From Lachnoclostridium sp. (GTDB lineage: Bacteria > Bacillota > Clostridia > Lachnospirales > Lachnospiraceae), in assembly GCA_023665475.1 (NCBI GenBank), contig JAMPEB010000006.1, forward strand, positions 30,607 to 94,606: a DNA stretch of 64,000 bases, read 5' to 3'. This document shows, one piece after another, positions 10,504 through 20,614 of this stretch. Each line of letters begins with the position of its first letter. Position 1 is the first letter of the stretch. The translations under genes were made by a program, and so were the position numbers. The notes under the pieces were generated by a model. It did not search any database and was not told where the DNA came from. It saw nothing but the letters and a program-made list of their open reading frames with translations.

Positions 10504-11022
10504 ATGGGTAATTCGGCAAATGATGAATTTATAGGAAAATATCTTTCCATTACAGGCACTATTGTAGAGATGGCGCCCACCAGAATGGGACGGCGTATGG
10601 ATGGATGTACCATTTTTATCACATTGGAGGATGAGACGGAAAACACTGTGAATTTTATTTTGACATCGGACACCTATGTGGTGGATAATGTGACATTATC
10701 CGTGGGAATGTCCGCCATCTTCTGGTATCGGACGGATGTGCCGGTGCCTTTGATTTATCCGCCCCAATATCGGGCTGTAGTGGCGGCGGAAAAAAAGAAT
10801 GACCGCATGATAAATGTGAGTCATTATAATCATGCTCTGGTCAATGAGGAACAGACCCTGCAGTTAAATTTGGACCGTGCCGTGGAGCTGCGCACCACAA
10901 ACAACCAATATTATCAGGCGAATCCGGCAGATAATGACTTGGTGGTAATTTACCAGACATCCACCCGAAGCATTCCTGCCCAGACTACGCCTAAAAAAAT
11001 CGTGGTGCTTTGTGGTGACTAG
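10504..11022 (+). CDS. Hypothetical protein
   Basis: ORF with the RBS GAGGGAA 5 nt upstream of the ATG at 10504. No recognisable domain. Upstream in-frame ATGs (10435, 10462) lack an RBS. Confidence 0.45.
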   Translation: MGNSANDEFIGKYLSITGTIVEMAPTRMGRRMDGCTIFITLEDETENTVNFILTSDTYVVDNVTLSVGMSAIFWYRTDVPVPLIYPPQYRAVVAAEKKNDRMINVSHYNHALVNEEQTLQLNLDRAVELRTTNNQYYQANPADNDLVVIYQTSTRSIPAQTTPKKIVVLCGD

Positions 11023-11045
11023 ATAAGCCTGCTATTCATAAACTG

Positions 11046-11864
11046 CTATAACTTGTGGTATTCGGGAGTGCGCTTTTCAAATATGGCATAATATTTGAAC
11101 CCGCACTCCTTTAATACATCACAGGCACGCTCAAAAGAATCCGCAATGTGCGCGGGGGTGTGGGCATCGGAGCCGATGGTGATGATTTCCCCGCCCAACT
11201 CCCGATAGCGCTTCAGGATTCCGGTGCAGGGGTGCACATCTTCCATTCCCTTTGCAAGTCCTCCGGTATTTAATTCCAGTCCTTTTTCTTTTTCCAATAA
11301 CAGATTAAGGATTTCGTCAAAAATATCTTTATATTTTTCGTAAGAATAATTTTGATCTTTGGATGCCCCATAGCGCACCACATAATCAAGGTGTCCGTAC
11401 ACATCAAAATTAGAAAATTTTTTGATGTTTTCCAAAATGGATTCAAAGTATTCCCTATATGCCTCTTCATCGGTGCGGCCTTCAAAAAAAGAAGGATAAT
11501 AAGGGTCTTGTCCATGGCATAAATGGGAGGAGCCGATGATAAAATCAAAATCATAGGATTTCGCATAGACGGCGTTCCGGCGGACAATATGGGGCTGTAG
11601 TCCCAGCTCCACACCAAAGAGAATGCGGATTTTACCAGCATATTTTTCTTTTAATTTAAGCAAATCATAAAGATAGGAATCCGTGTTTAACAAAAAGGGA
11701 TTGCCGGGTTCCTCCGGTGAATCCGGATATTCAAAATCATTGTGTTCCGTAAAGCACATGGTAGTGAGTCCTTTGGAAATCCCTTGTAAAATCATTTCCT
11801 CCATAGGTGCATCCGAGTCTCCCGAGTGGGAAGTATGAAGATGACAGTCTGCTGTAATCGGCAT
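11046..11864 (-). CDS. PHP-domain phosphoesterase (histidinol-phosphatase HisK family)
   Basis: MPITADCHLHTSHSGDSDAP...FTEHNDFEYP, the metal-binding His/Asp motifs of the PHP / HisJ-HisK family. Confidence 0.7.
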   Translation of the reverse strand: MPITADCHLHTSHSGDSDAPMEEMILQGISKGLTTMCFTEHNDFEYPDSPEEPGNPFLLNTDSYLYDLLKLKEKYAGKIRILFGVELGLQPHIVRRNAVYAKSYDFDFIIGSSHLCHGQDPYYPSFFEGRTDEEAYREYFESILENIKKFSNFDVYGHLDYVVRYGASKDQNYSYEKYKDIFDEILNLLLEKEKGLELNTGGLAKGMEDVHPCTGILKRYRELGGEIITIGSDAHTPAHIADSFERACDVLKECGFKYYAIFEKRTPEYHKL

Positions 11865-11882
11865 GGTTTCGTCCTCCTGTAT

Positions 11883-12767
11883 TTATATACATTGTTCGCA
11901 TTCTTTTAACATACTATCTGCTTCTGCCCGAAGGGGCAGTTTCCCGCCGTAGAAAACAACATATTGCAAGTGTGCCCTTGCACTTTGGTATTCTCCGGCA
12001 GCCATATCAAGCTTGGCTAAATAAAAGTGACAGGTTACCTCGCGCAGGGTATTGCCCGTGCCGGACAGCGATTTATGCAACAGTGTCCGGGCTTCTTTTT
12101 CTTTTTCAGGAGAAAAATTTTCCGGAAAATCCCAAAAAAGTTCCGTTAATCGCAGATGCCGCCCATATTCTTTATGCAGTCTTATGTTGCCTTTCCTGAA
12201 AGAATAGAGATTAGGAAGATTTTCAAACTCCTCTTTTATCCGGGAAAACCATTCTTTGTCCCGATTGTCCCCGGCATAGTCGGCGGCGCATAATAACCGC
12301 ATCTGCTCCAAAATAGGCGTCGGTTTCATAAATTGTATCTGTTTGATAAGAGTAAGACCCTCCTCCTGCCTTTCGGGAATATAATAGCAGACCCGCGCTT
12401 TATATAACAGAAAGAGAGTTGTATTGTCCTTCTTTTTGCCACGCAGTCTGAACATGGAAAGAATGTCGTATAATTTTTCCGGGTCGCAGTCCTTATCCAG
12501 AATATTTACAACCGGCGAAAATTGGAGCTGTATCATGAACAGACAGATGCCGCGGAAAAGAAACCACAGAGGAAAGCCCAAAAGCCAGATATATTTGTAT
12601 TCCTGATAAAGAAGCAGTCTTGTGAACATTAGAACCAAATAAATGAGAGTGAGCAAAATATAGATAAAAGAAATGATTCCCCGGCGCAGTCTGTATTTTT
12701 TCAAGACGGTCTGCGCATCATCCTTATAATAAATACTATGTTGTGTGTCCGATTGGTTTTTATGCAT
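11883..12767 (-). CDS. Hypothetical membrane protein (N-terminal TM helices plus TPR-like C-terminal region)
   Basis: 294-aa ORF with two N-terminal TM helices. No identifiable catalytic motif. Confidence 0.5.
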   Translation of the reverse strand: MHKNQSDTQHSIYYKDDAQTVLKKYRLRRGIISFIYILLTLIYLVLMFTRLLLYQEYKYIWLLGFPLWFLFRGICLFMIQLQFSPVVNILDKDCDPEKLYDILSMFRLRGKKKDNTTLFLLYKARVCYYIPERQEEGLTLIKQIQFMKPTPILEQMRLLCAADYAGDNRDKEWFSRIKEEFENLPNLYSFRKGNIRLHKEYGRHLRLTELFWDFPENFSPEKEKEARTLLHKSLSGTGNTLREVTCHFYLAKLDMAAGEYQSARAHLQYVVFYGGKLPLRAEADSMLKECEQCI

Positions 12768-13023
12768 GGAAGGAACCCTTTCTTTTCCGGTTTATGTTAT
12801 TACTTTAGCATTATTTGTCGCAGGAAACAAGGTTTCAAGACACATTTTACATATATTTCGGAAATATTTTCCAAAATATTTTCTTTTATATCTTGAATTA
12901 TTCCTCTGAATTATGTAAAATATTTTCATTGGGAATATTTTGCAAAATCGGACAGGTTGTATTATACCTGGATGGTTATGTACAAAATATATAAAACTAT
13001 CTATATTTTAGGAGGAAATGAAA

Positions 13024-14037
13024 ATGGCAGTAAGAGTAGCAATTAACGGCTTTGGTCGTATCGGTCGTCTGGCATTCAGACAGATGTTTGAGGCAGAGGG
13101 CTATGATGTAGTGGCAATCAATGACTTGACAAGCCCTAAGATGTTGGCGCATCTGTTGAAGTATGATTCTTCTCAGGGCGTTTACAAGTACGCAAGCTCT
13201 GTGGAAGCAGGCGAGGACAGCATTACCGTAAACGGCAAGACCATCACCATTTATAAAGAGGCTGACGCAAGCAAGCTTCCTTGGGGTGAGCTTAAAGTTG
13301 ATGTAGTTTTGGAGTGTACCGGTTTCTATACCTCTAAAGAGAAAGCATCTGCACATATTACGGCAGGCGCCCGTAAGGTAGTTATCTCTGCTCCTGCAGG
13401 AAACGACCTTCCTACCATCGTTTACAATGTAAACCACAAGACCTTGAAGGCTGAGGACACTGTAATTTCCGCAGCATCCTGCACCACAAACTGTCTGGCT
13501 CCCATGGCTAAGGCTCTGAATGATCTGGCTCCTATCATGAGCGGTATCATGACCACTGTTCATGCATACACAGGCGACCAGATGATTCTGGACGGTCCTC
13601 AGAGAAAGGGAGACTTGAGAAGAAGCCGTGCAGGCGCTTTGAATATCGTTCCCAACTCCACCGGCGCTGCAAAGGCAATCGGTCTGGTTATTCCCGAGCT
13701 GAACGGCAAGCTGATCGGTTCTGCACAGCGTGTACCTACCCCTACCGGTTCTACCACAATTCTGGTAGCAGTTGTAAAGGGCGCAGTTACCAAAGAGCAG
13801 ATTAACGATGCTATGAAGGCAGCAGCTACCGAATCCTTCGGTTATAACACAGATGAAATCGTATCTTCCGATGTCATCGGCAGCACCTTCGGTTCCATCT
13901 TTGATGCAACCCAGACTATGGTAGCTCCCATGGAGGACGGCAATACTCAGGTACAGGTTGTATCATGGTATGACAATGAGAACAGCTACACTTCCCAGAT
14001 GGTTCGCACCATTAAGTATTTCAGTGAGTTAGGCTAA
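13024..14037 (+). CDS. gap: Glyceraldehyde-3-phosphate dehydrogenase
   Basis: [19 protein letters not shown]... with SCTTNCLAP (active-site Cys). RBS AGGAGG lies 8 nt upstream of the ATG at 13024. Confidence 0.95.
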   Translation: MAVRVAINGFGRIGRLAFRQMFEAEGYDVVAINDLTSPKMLAHLLKYDSSQGVYKYASSVEAGEDSITVNGKTITIYKEADASKLPWGELKVDVVLECTGFYTSKEKASAHITAGARKVVISAPAGNDLPTIVYNVNHKTLKAEDTVISAASCTTNCLAPMAKALNDLAPIMSGIMTTVHAYTGDQMILDGPQRKGDLRRSRAGALNIVPNSTGAAKAIGLVIPELNGKLIGSAQRVPTPTGSTTILVAVVKGAVTKEQINDAMKAAATESFGYNTDEIVSSDVIGSTFGSIFDATQTMVAPMEDGNTQVQVVSWYDNENSYTSQMVRTIKYFSELG

Positions 14038-14039
14038 AA

Positions 14040-14193
14040 GTGTGAACGGAATGAAGATTTTCTAAGGTTGGAAAGTACCCAACCTAAGAAAATCTAAATC
14101 ATTCCGCGAAGAATCCGCAAGCGGATTCTTCCGAATTTGTACGGATTTATTAGTTGTTTGTGTCTGGTGTGCAGGCATGACGAAAAGTGTGAG
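14040..14193 (+). repeat. Intergenic repeat element A1 (GTGTGAA-bounded, modules a+b+c) between gap and pgk
   Basis: Starts GTGTGAACGGAATGAAGATTTTCTAAGG... with a long hairpin (agattttctaaggttgg / ccaacctaagaaaatct) and a gaagaatccgc-aa-gcggattcttc hairpin. Ends ...GAAAAGTGTGAG. About 90% identical to A2. Confidence 0.8.
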
Positions 14194-14208
14194 AACTAGA
14201 TGACCTAT

Positions 14209-14240
14209 AGGGTCCGGTCTGTTGGACCGGACCTTTTTTA
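14209..14240 (+). terminator. Rho-independent terminator after gap / element A1
   Basis: ggtccggtc-tgtt-ggaccggacc followed by TTTTTTAATC. Confidence 0.7.
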
Positions 14241-14406
14241 ATCATTAGGAAATGGCGACAGTGTAAATCAATTTAAGAAGGTCGCTGCCTAGCGACGATT
14301 TTTTATGCACACGCCGACACAGAGGAATGATGCCGCAAAGGCGGCGCGGCGAGCAGGAGAGAAAAGCTTTCCTGCTCGATTGAAAGAAGAGAAAAGGAGA
14401 TAAAAA

Positions 14407-15630
14407 ATGGGTTTAAACAAAAAATCAGTTGATGACATCAATGCAAAGGGCAAGAGAGTATTGGTAAGATGCGATTTCAATGTGCCCTTAAAAAATGGTG
14501 AAATTACAGATGAAACGCGTATTGTAGCAGCCCTTCCTACCATCCAGAAATTAATTAATGATGGCGGAAAGGTAATTCTCTGTTCCCATTTAGGAAAGGT
14601 AAAGAATGGTCCTAACGAGGGAGAATCCCTTGCGCCTGTTGCAAAAAGACTTTCCGAGAAGCTGGGCAAGGAAGTTGTATTCGTGGCAGATTACAATGTA
14701 ACCGGAGAAGCGGCAGCCAAGGCGGTAGAGGCTATGAAGGAAGGAGATGTGGTTCTGCTTCAGAATACGCGTTTCCGCGGGGCAGAAGAGACCAAGAACG
14801 GCGAAGCATTCAGTCAGGAATTGGCTGATCTGGCCGACTTGTATGTATGTGATGCTTTTGGCTCTTCCCACAGGGCGCACGCTTCCGTTGCGGGCGTTAC
14901 CAAGTGCATTTCCGCAAAAGGCGGCGAGAATGTAGTGGGATATCTGATGCAGAAGGAAATCAATTTCCTCGGCAATGCAGTGGAGAATCCCGTGAGACCT
15001 TTCGTGGCTATCTTGGGCGGCGCAAAGGTGGCTGATAAGCTGAATGTGATTTCTAATCTGTTAGAGAAGTGCGATACCTTAATTATCGGTGGCGGCATGG
15101 CATATACATTTATGAAGGCTCAGGGCTATGAGGTAGGTAAATCTCTGGTAGATAACGAGAAGATTGATTACTGTAAAGAAATGATGGCAAAGGCTGAAAA
15201 GCTTGGCAAGAAGCTTCTGCTTCCCATTGATACCACCATTGCGGCAAGTTTCCCCGACCCTATTGACGGTCCCGTGGAGATTTCCCATGTGGATGCTGAC
15301 AAGATTCCCGCCGATATGGAGGGACTTGATATCGGACCTAAGACTGCGGAATTGTTTGCGGATGCCGTAAAGAGCGCAAAGACCGTAGTTTGGAACGGAC
15401 CTATGGGCGTGTTTGAAAATCCTACCTTGGCAGCAGGAACCATTGCCGTTGCAAAGGCTCTGGCTGAAACCGATGCTACTACTATTATCGGCGGCGGTGA
15501 TTCCGCAGCAGCAGTAAACCAGCTTGGCTTCGGTGACAAGATGAGTCATATTTCCACCGGCGGCGGCGCTTCTCTGGAGTTTTTGGAAGGAAAGGAGCTT
15601 CCCGGTGTCGCAGCAGCGGACGATAAATAA
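14407..15630 (+). CDS. pgk: Phosphoglycerate kinase
   Basis: ...[13 protein letters not shown]...; 407 aa, classic PGK. Confidence 0.95.
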   Translation: MGLNKKSVDDINAKGKRVLVRCDFNVPLKNGEITDETRIVAALPTIQKLINDGGKVILCSHLGKVKNGPNEGESLAPVAKRLSEKLGKEVVFVADYNVTGEAAAKAVEAMKEGDVVLLQNTRFRGAEETKNGEAFSQELADLADLYVCDAFGSSHRAHASVAGVTKCISAKGGENVVGYLMQKEINFLGNAVENPVRPFVAILGGAKVADKLNVISNLLEKCDTLIIGGGMAYTFMKAQGYEVGKSLVDNEKIDYCKEMMAKAEKLGKKLLLPIDTTIAASFPDPIDGPVEISHVDADKIPADMEGLDIGPKTAELFADAVKSAKTVVWNGPMGVFENPTLAAGTIAVAKALAETDATTIIGGGDSAAAVNQLGFGDKMSHISTGGGASLEFLEGKELPGVAAADDK

Positions 15631-15702
15631 AAGAGAACAAGAAAAGTTGCGACACCGTGTGTCGCAGCAGTATAAGTAAAATTAAGAAATGAGGACACTA
15701 AA

Positions 15703-16449
15703 ATGGCAAGAAAAAAGATTATCGCCGGAAACTGGAAGATGAATATGACTCCCAGTCAGGCAGTGGAATTGTGTGCAACCTTAAAGGATTTAGTAAAAAC
15801 CGATAAGGCAGATGTGGTTTATTGTGTGCCTGCCATTGACATTATACCCGTAGTGGAGGCAGTGAAGGGTACTAATGTGGAAGTAGGCGCAGAAAATATG
15901 TACTTCGAAGAAAAGGGTGCATATACCGGAGAAATCTCCGCAGCCATGTTGAAGGATGCCGGTGTAAAGTATGTTATTATCGGACATTCTGAGAGGCGTG
16001 ATTATTTTAAAGAGGATGATGCGCTTCTCAACAAGAAGGTGAAGAAGGCTTTTGAGGCAGGACTTACTCCTATTCTCTGCTGTGGAGAAACCTTGGAGCA
16101 GAGAGAGATGGGCGTTACTATGGATTGGATCCGTCTTCAGATTAAATCTGATTTGGCAGATGTGACCGCCGCTCAGGTGAAGGAGCTTGTCATTGCCTAT
16201 GAACCTATCTGGGCTATCGGCACAGGCAAAACTGCTACCACGGAGCAGGCGCAGGAAGTCTGCAAGGGAATCCGTGACTGCATTGCAGAAATGTATGATG
16301 CGGCTACCGCAGAAGCAGTGCGCATCCAGTACGGCGGTTCCGTAAATGCAGGCAATGCGGCAGAACTGTTTGCACAGCCCGATATCGATGGCGGTCTGGT
16401 AGGCGGCGCTTCCTTGAAGGAAGATTTCGGGAAGATTGTGAATTATTAA
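15703..16449 (+). CDS. tpiA: Triosephosphate isomerase
   Basis: ...IIAGNWKMN..., [18 protein letters not shown] motifs. Confidence 0.95.
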   Translation: MARKKIIAGNWKMNMTPSQAVELCATLKDLVKTDKADVVYCVPAIDIIPVVEAVKGTNVEVGAENMYFEEKGAYTGEISAAMLKDAGVKYVIIGHSERRDYFKEDDALLNKKVKKAFEAGLTPILCCGETLEQREMGVTMDWIRLQIKSDLADVTAAQVKELVIAYEPIWAIGTGKTATTEQAQEVCKGIRDCIAEMYDAATAEAVRIQYGGSVNAGNAAELFAQPDIDGGLVGGASLKEDFGKIVNY

Positions 16450-16521
16450 TTTGCTTTGCAAATAAATAATTAAGAGTTAGAAATCAGTGGCAATCTATAC
16501 AACAATTTGTTGCACGAATAA

Positions 16522-16578
16522 AAATACCGGATAGGGAGTATAAAACCTCTATATCCGGTATTTTCCTTTCTTTTTTTA
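16522..16578. terminator. Bidirectional terminator between tpiA(+) and the AIM24 gene(-)
   Basis: aaaataccggatag...ctatatccggtatttt hairpin flanked by A-run and T-run. Confidence 0.6.
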
Positions 16579-16603
16579 TCGCATATAAATGTGAGTTTCT
16601 TAT

Positions 16604-17284
16604 TTATTTCCCTGTAGGGATGAAGGGACGGATAGCGCCGGCCAGTTGTGATACAGGCATACTTTGGAGGTAAACTTTTCCGGGACCTGTCAGAACGGTA
16701 TTAAAGAGACCCTCTCCGCCAAAAAGCATATTCTTTACTCCGGGAACGGTCTGGATGTCTACGGAGCAGCTAGCGCTCATGGCAGCCAGATATCCGGTAT
16801 CAATAATCATCTGCTGACCGGGACCAAGCTCATACTCCTTTACATAACCGTCAAATTCTAAAAATACGGTGCCGCTGCCGGACAGCTTCTGCATGATAAA
16901 ACCTTCCCCGCCGAACAGACCGCTTCCGAAGCGTTTCTGGAAAAATATGGATAATTCCACATCTGAGGTAGATGCAAGGAATGCGGATTTCTGGGCTACA
17001 AGGTCAAATCCGGGTTCCACATTAAAAGCGCGGATGGAGCCGGGGAAGCTGGAAGCAAAGGCAATCTGTCCAATGCCGCCCTGAGCGGTATAGCGATTTA
17101 AGAACAGGCTTTCACCGGAAAACGCGCGTCCTATCATTTTGCCGATTCCGCCGCCGGAAGTGGTTTCCATTTTCATATTGGGTGACATCCATGACATGGC
17201 TCCGCTCTCGGTAATCATGGTTTCGCCTGCATCAAGATTACAGATAACAACGGGCAAGGGTTCGCCCTCGATAGAGTAATTCAT
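16604..17284 (-). CDS. AIM24/DUF124 (TIGR00266) family protein
   Basis: 226-aa protein with repeated GGxG-rich beta-strand motifs (SGGGIGKM..., FGGEGFIMQKLSG..., FGGEGLF) typical of the AIM24 family. Confidence 0.7.
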   Translation of the reverse strand: MNYSIEGEPLPVVICNLDAGETMITESGAMSWMSPNMKMETTSGGGIGKMIGRAFSGESLFLNRYTAQGGIGQIAFASSFPGSIRAFNVEPGFDLVAQKSAFLASTSDVELSIFFQKRFGSGLFGGEGFIMQKLSGSGTVFLEFDGYVKEYELGPGQQMIIDTGYLAAMSASCSVDIQTVPGVKNMLFGGEGLFNTVLTGPGKVYLQSMPVSQLAGAIRPFIPTGK

Positions 17285-17458
17285 TCTTTCGTCCCTCCTG
17301 AAATAATTTTTATAATGTAGTAAAGTCGATTACACTATTTATCATATACGAAAAGAGCAGATTTGTAAATCCCCACAAAGCGTTCGGGGTTCCTACAGGA
17401 ATATTGCAGGCAAAAACGGTATAAGCATAGTATAAGAGATTTTGGGAGCATTACATAA

Positions 17459-17914
17459 ATGAAAAAAAGGTTGAAGGCACTTTTTTATGGGATATTAGCG
17501 GCATTTTTGTTGTTTGGCATATATGAGAAGAATAGAAATCCTGCTGTGATAGAGACTTTCAGTGTGGATTCTCTCACAGAGGAGGAAATTACGGATGAAT
17601 TGATAATAGCGCTTTTTATGGAGGAAATTACAAAAGAGGTTACAAATTTTTATAAGGAATTTTACTCGGGAGAACTTATGGTTTATCTTTATGAAACAGA
17701 GATTACGGATATTGCAAAAAAGGAGCCGGGGAAGATTCTGGTTACATTTGGCGTTACACCCCAGATAGGAGCCCACAATCCGCTGGGATATGATGAATTA
17801 TCTTATTCTGTAGACTCCATGGGAAATAAAGAATTGGCGGATTACAGACATCTGAAAAATTATGAAGTGCCGGAGAGATTTCGGAAGTACTTGATAAAAC
17901 CGTTGCAGGATTAA
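17459..17914 (+). CDS. Signal-peptide small protein (DUF3888-like)
   Basis: N-terminal signal or TM segment, then a Tyr-rich soluble domain. Weak family call. Confidence 0.5.
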   Translation: MKKRLKALFYGILAAFLLFGIYEKNRNPAVIETFSVDSLTEEEITDELIIALFMEEITKEVTNFYKEFYSGELMVYLYETEITDIAKKEPGKILVTFGVTPQIGAHNPLGYDELSYSVDSMGNKELADYRHLKNYEVPERFRKYLIKPLQD

Positions 17915-17937
17915 AATGATGCAAGTTTGATGCAAAG

Positions 17938-18010
17938 TTGTGGTATAATGATTCTGCTAACGCAGAATACAAGTCAGCTTGCGCTGCCTTTTCTGCGCTT
18001 GTGGTAGAAT
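17938..18010 (+). promoter_or_regulatory. Family C unit (shortened) plus a promoter for the PdaC-like lipoprotein gene
   Basis: TTGTGGTATAATGATTCTGCTAACGCAGAATACAAGTCAGCTTGCGCTGCC, then TTGCGC-17 nt-TGgTAGAAT (extended -10) ending about 40 nt before the ATG at 18050. Confidence 0.6.
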
Positions 18011-18049
18011 AAAAAGCAAACATGTAACAGTAAATGATAGAGGTGACTA

Positions 18050-20503
18050 ATGATGAAAAGAAGGTTATTGATGAAAAAAGGAATCCTGTTTGCGCTGGCG
18101 GCAGCCGTTGCCTTATCCCTTGCGGGATGTGGGAAGGGCGGAAACTTAAAGGAATCGGGGCAGCAGACAGGCATGGAGAATTCCGATGGAAACTCGCAGG
18201 AGGAGTACCTCGGACTGAGGCAGGCAGAGATTATTCAGGAGGATGAAAATTATTGGTATATTTGCGGGATTTATCGGATTGTGAAGATAGATAAGAATAC
18301 GAAGGAAGAGGAGATTTTGTGGGAGAGGGCCAAGTCCGCCAAGGCAGAGAGGGCATATGTATATTTCGTGGGAAGCGGACTGCTTTTGGGAGATAAGATT
18401 TATTTTATAGAAGAATCTGAGTTAGATTCAATGGAAAAATTTCTTTCCGTTATCTCAACGGACGGAACGGATTATGAGCCGCTTGAGAAGTTTTCAACGC
18501 ACCTTGAACAGGATAAAATGATTTTGAAGGATGGAGCCATCTATATCGATACAGGTGATGAGCTGGTAAGCTATCCCCTGAATGAGGACGGGGAAGCGGA
18601 AATAGCTGCAAATAGGGATGCCGAAAATATCTATGATCTTATCGGCTGTAAGAAATATATATATTTTAATGATAATTATTATCTGACGGAAGATTATACG
18701 GAAGGTCACAAGCTTTATCTGATAGACAGGCAGAGCATGGAAAAAAGAGAATTTGCGGATTTAAGTTCCACTAAGGAGCTAATCACCGTTCCGGCTCCGA
18801 GCTTAGGCGAAACTGCAAGAGTGATTGGCATGGATGAGGAGTATGCTTATCTTGAAAGGTACGCCGGCGATGGTCTGTATCAATACACGAAAATATCCCT
18901 TGAGACAAGGGAGGAGAGCCTTGCTTTTGAACGGAAAAAAGAATGGACATCTACGGTTTCACCTCGTGCTTTAATGGATATAACAGTGAAAGACGGATAT
19001 TTGTATTATGCAGGGGATAAGGATTATAAACTCTATGTGATGAGGCGTAGTCTTGAAAATCCTGCGGAAGAGGAGATTCTGGGGGATGCCTTTTATGATA
19101 CCGGAATCGGAGAAGTGGGGAGCATGACCAGCCATTATGAGGCAGTTTACGGTAATGCAAATCAGGAGATGTGTATTTTTAAATCTGATACAGACCGGAT
19201 TGTAGTGGATGAGCGTTTTGTGGGAGCTGCCAAAATCAATCAGACCTTAAAGGAATGGCAGGAAGGTACTTTGGAAGAGGAAAAGAAAAAGGCAGAAGAG
19301 GCGTTGGCGGAAGAAACGCAGCATTCTATGAATTGGTATTATGACAGCCACCTTTCGGAAGCAGAGGAGATTTATTTTGACCGGCGGTATTTGAGTTTTC
19401 TGCAGGAAGAGTCTTATTATTGGGGCGGAGCTCATGGTATGGAGTATTTTCGTGGCTTTACCTTTGATTTGAGAACAGGGAAGGAGCTTAAGCTTAGGGA
19501 TGTGATAGGAAACAGTGAGGAGGAGCTAAAAGAGATTGTCGTAAAGTATTTCGGCAAAATGATAGATGCAGAGCCGGATAATTTCTGGCCGAATGCCAAG
19601 GAGATCGTCAGGGACAGTATCAATTTGGACTATGATTTTTATTTGACAAAAGAAGGGATTCATTTTGATTTTGAGGCTTATGCCCTTGCCTGCTATGCGG
19701 CAGGAATCCAAGAGGTGGTGATACCCTATGAGGAGTTTGATTTGAAAATTTCTCTGAAAGCGGCTACATCGGGAAAAGGGCTGGCAGAGCCCAAGACGCC
19801 GGAGAAGGTGTTTGCCTCGGAGGACTGGGGACTCGGTTATGGAGAGCCGGGCACAACCCCCAGAGGAAATGCAAGGGAGGAGGATTTGGCATATTATAAT
19901 GCTTATTTTGTGGGAAGCGGCAGTGAAAAAGTGCTTTACCTTACCTTTGACTGCGGCTATGAAAACGGCAATACGGAAGCGATTCTGGAGGCTTTGAAAA
20001 AGCATAATGCACCGGGAACTTTCTTTGTGGTGGGGCATTTTCTGGAAACCGCGCCGGATTTGGTAAAGCGCATGGTGGATGAGGGGCATAAGGTGGGCAA
20101 CCATACCTATCATCATCCGAACATGTCTTCCATTGCCAAAAAAGAAGATTTTCAGAAGGAGCTGGATGATGTGGCGGATTTGTTCAAGGAAATTACGGGG
20201 ACGGAGTTGTCCTTGTATTACAGGCCGCCTCAGGGAAAGTGTAATGTGGAAAATCTGAAGATGGCAAAAGAACTGGGATATGCCACTATTTTTTGGAGTG
20301 TCGCCCATGTGGATTGGATACAGGATAAGCAGCCCAATCATGAAGACGCACTGGAAACGCTGACCTCCAGAGTCCATCCGGGAGCCGTGGTTTTACTTCA
20401 CAACACTTCTCAGACAAACGGAGAGATTCTGGACGAACTGTTAACCAAATGGGAAGAGATGGGGTATAGATTCCTGCCGCTTTCGGACTTAACGGGGCAG
20501 TAA
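18050..20503 (+). CDS. Lipoprotein with N-terminal beta-propeller-like repeats, RsiV-like DUF3298/DUF4163 domain and C-terminal NodB polysaccharide deacetylase (PdaC-like)
   Basis: Lipobox LSLAGC, then a central ...YYWGGAHGMEYFRGFTFDLRTGKELKL... (DUF3298) region. The C-terminus TFDCGYENGNTEA...VGNHTYHHPNMS carries NodB motifs. Confidence 0.8.
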   Translation: MMKRRLLMKKGILFALAAAVALSLAGCGKGGNLKESGQQTGMENSDGNSQEEYLGLRQAEIIQEDENYWYICGIYRIVKIDKNTKEEEILWERAKSAKAERAYVYFVGSGLLLGDKIYFIEESELDSMEKFLSVISTDGTDYEPLEKFSTHLEQDKMILKDGAIYIDTGDELVSYPLNEDGEAEIAANRDAENIYDLIGCKKYIYFNDNYYLTEDYTEGHKLYLIDRQSMEKREFADLSSTKELITVPAPSLGETARVIGMDEEYAYLERYAGDGLYQYTKISLETREESLAFERKKEWTSTVSPRALMDITVKDGYLYYAGDKDYKLYVMRRSLENPAEEEILGDAFYDTGIGEVGSMTSHYEAVYGNANQEMCIFKSDTDRIVVDERFVGAAKINQTLKEWQEGTLEEEKKKAEEALAEETQHSMNWYYDSHLSEAEEIYFDRRYLSFLQEESYYWGGAHGMEYFRGFTFDLRTGKELKLRDVIGNSEEELKEIVVKYFGKMIDAEPDNFWPNAKEIVRDSINLDYDFYLTKEGIHFDFEAYALACYAAGIQEVVIPYEEFDLKISLKAATSGKGLAEPKTPEKVFASEDWGLGYGEPGTTPRGNAREEDLAYYNAYFVGSGSEKVLYLTFDCGYENGNTEAILEALKKHNAPGTFFVVGHFLETAPDLVKRMVDEGHKVGNHTYHHPNMSSIAKKEDFQKELDDVADLFKEITGTELSLYYRPPQGKCNVENLKMAKELGYATIFWSVAHVDWIQDKQPNHEDALETLTSRVHPGAVVLLHNTSQTNGEILDELLTKWEEMGYRFLPLSDLTGQ

Positions 20504-20614
20504 AGCCGGGCGGACCGCAAGGCGGACCGCAAAAACGGATTTGTTGCATCAAAAGAAAATTTGTGGTATTCTTAGTAAGACAAATGGATGAAAGCGGTAC
20601 GGAGGTTAACCATG

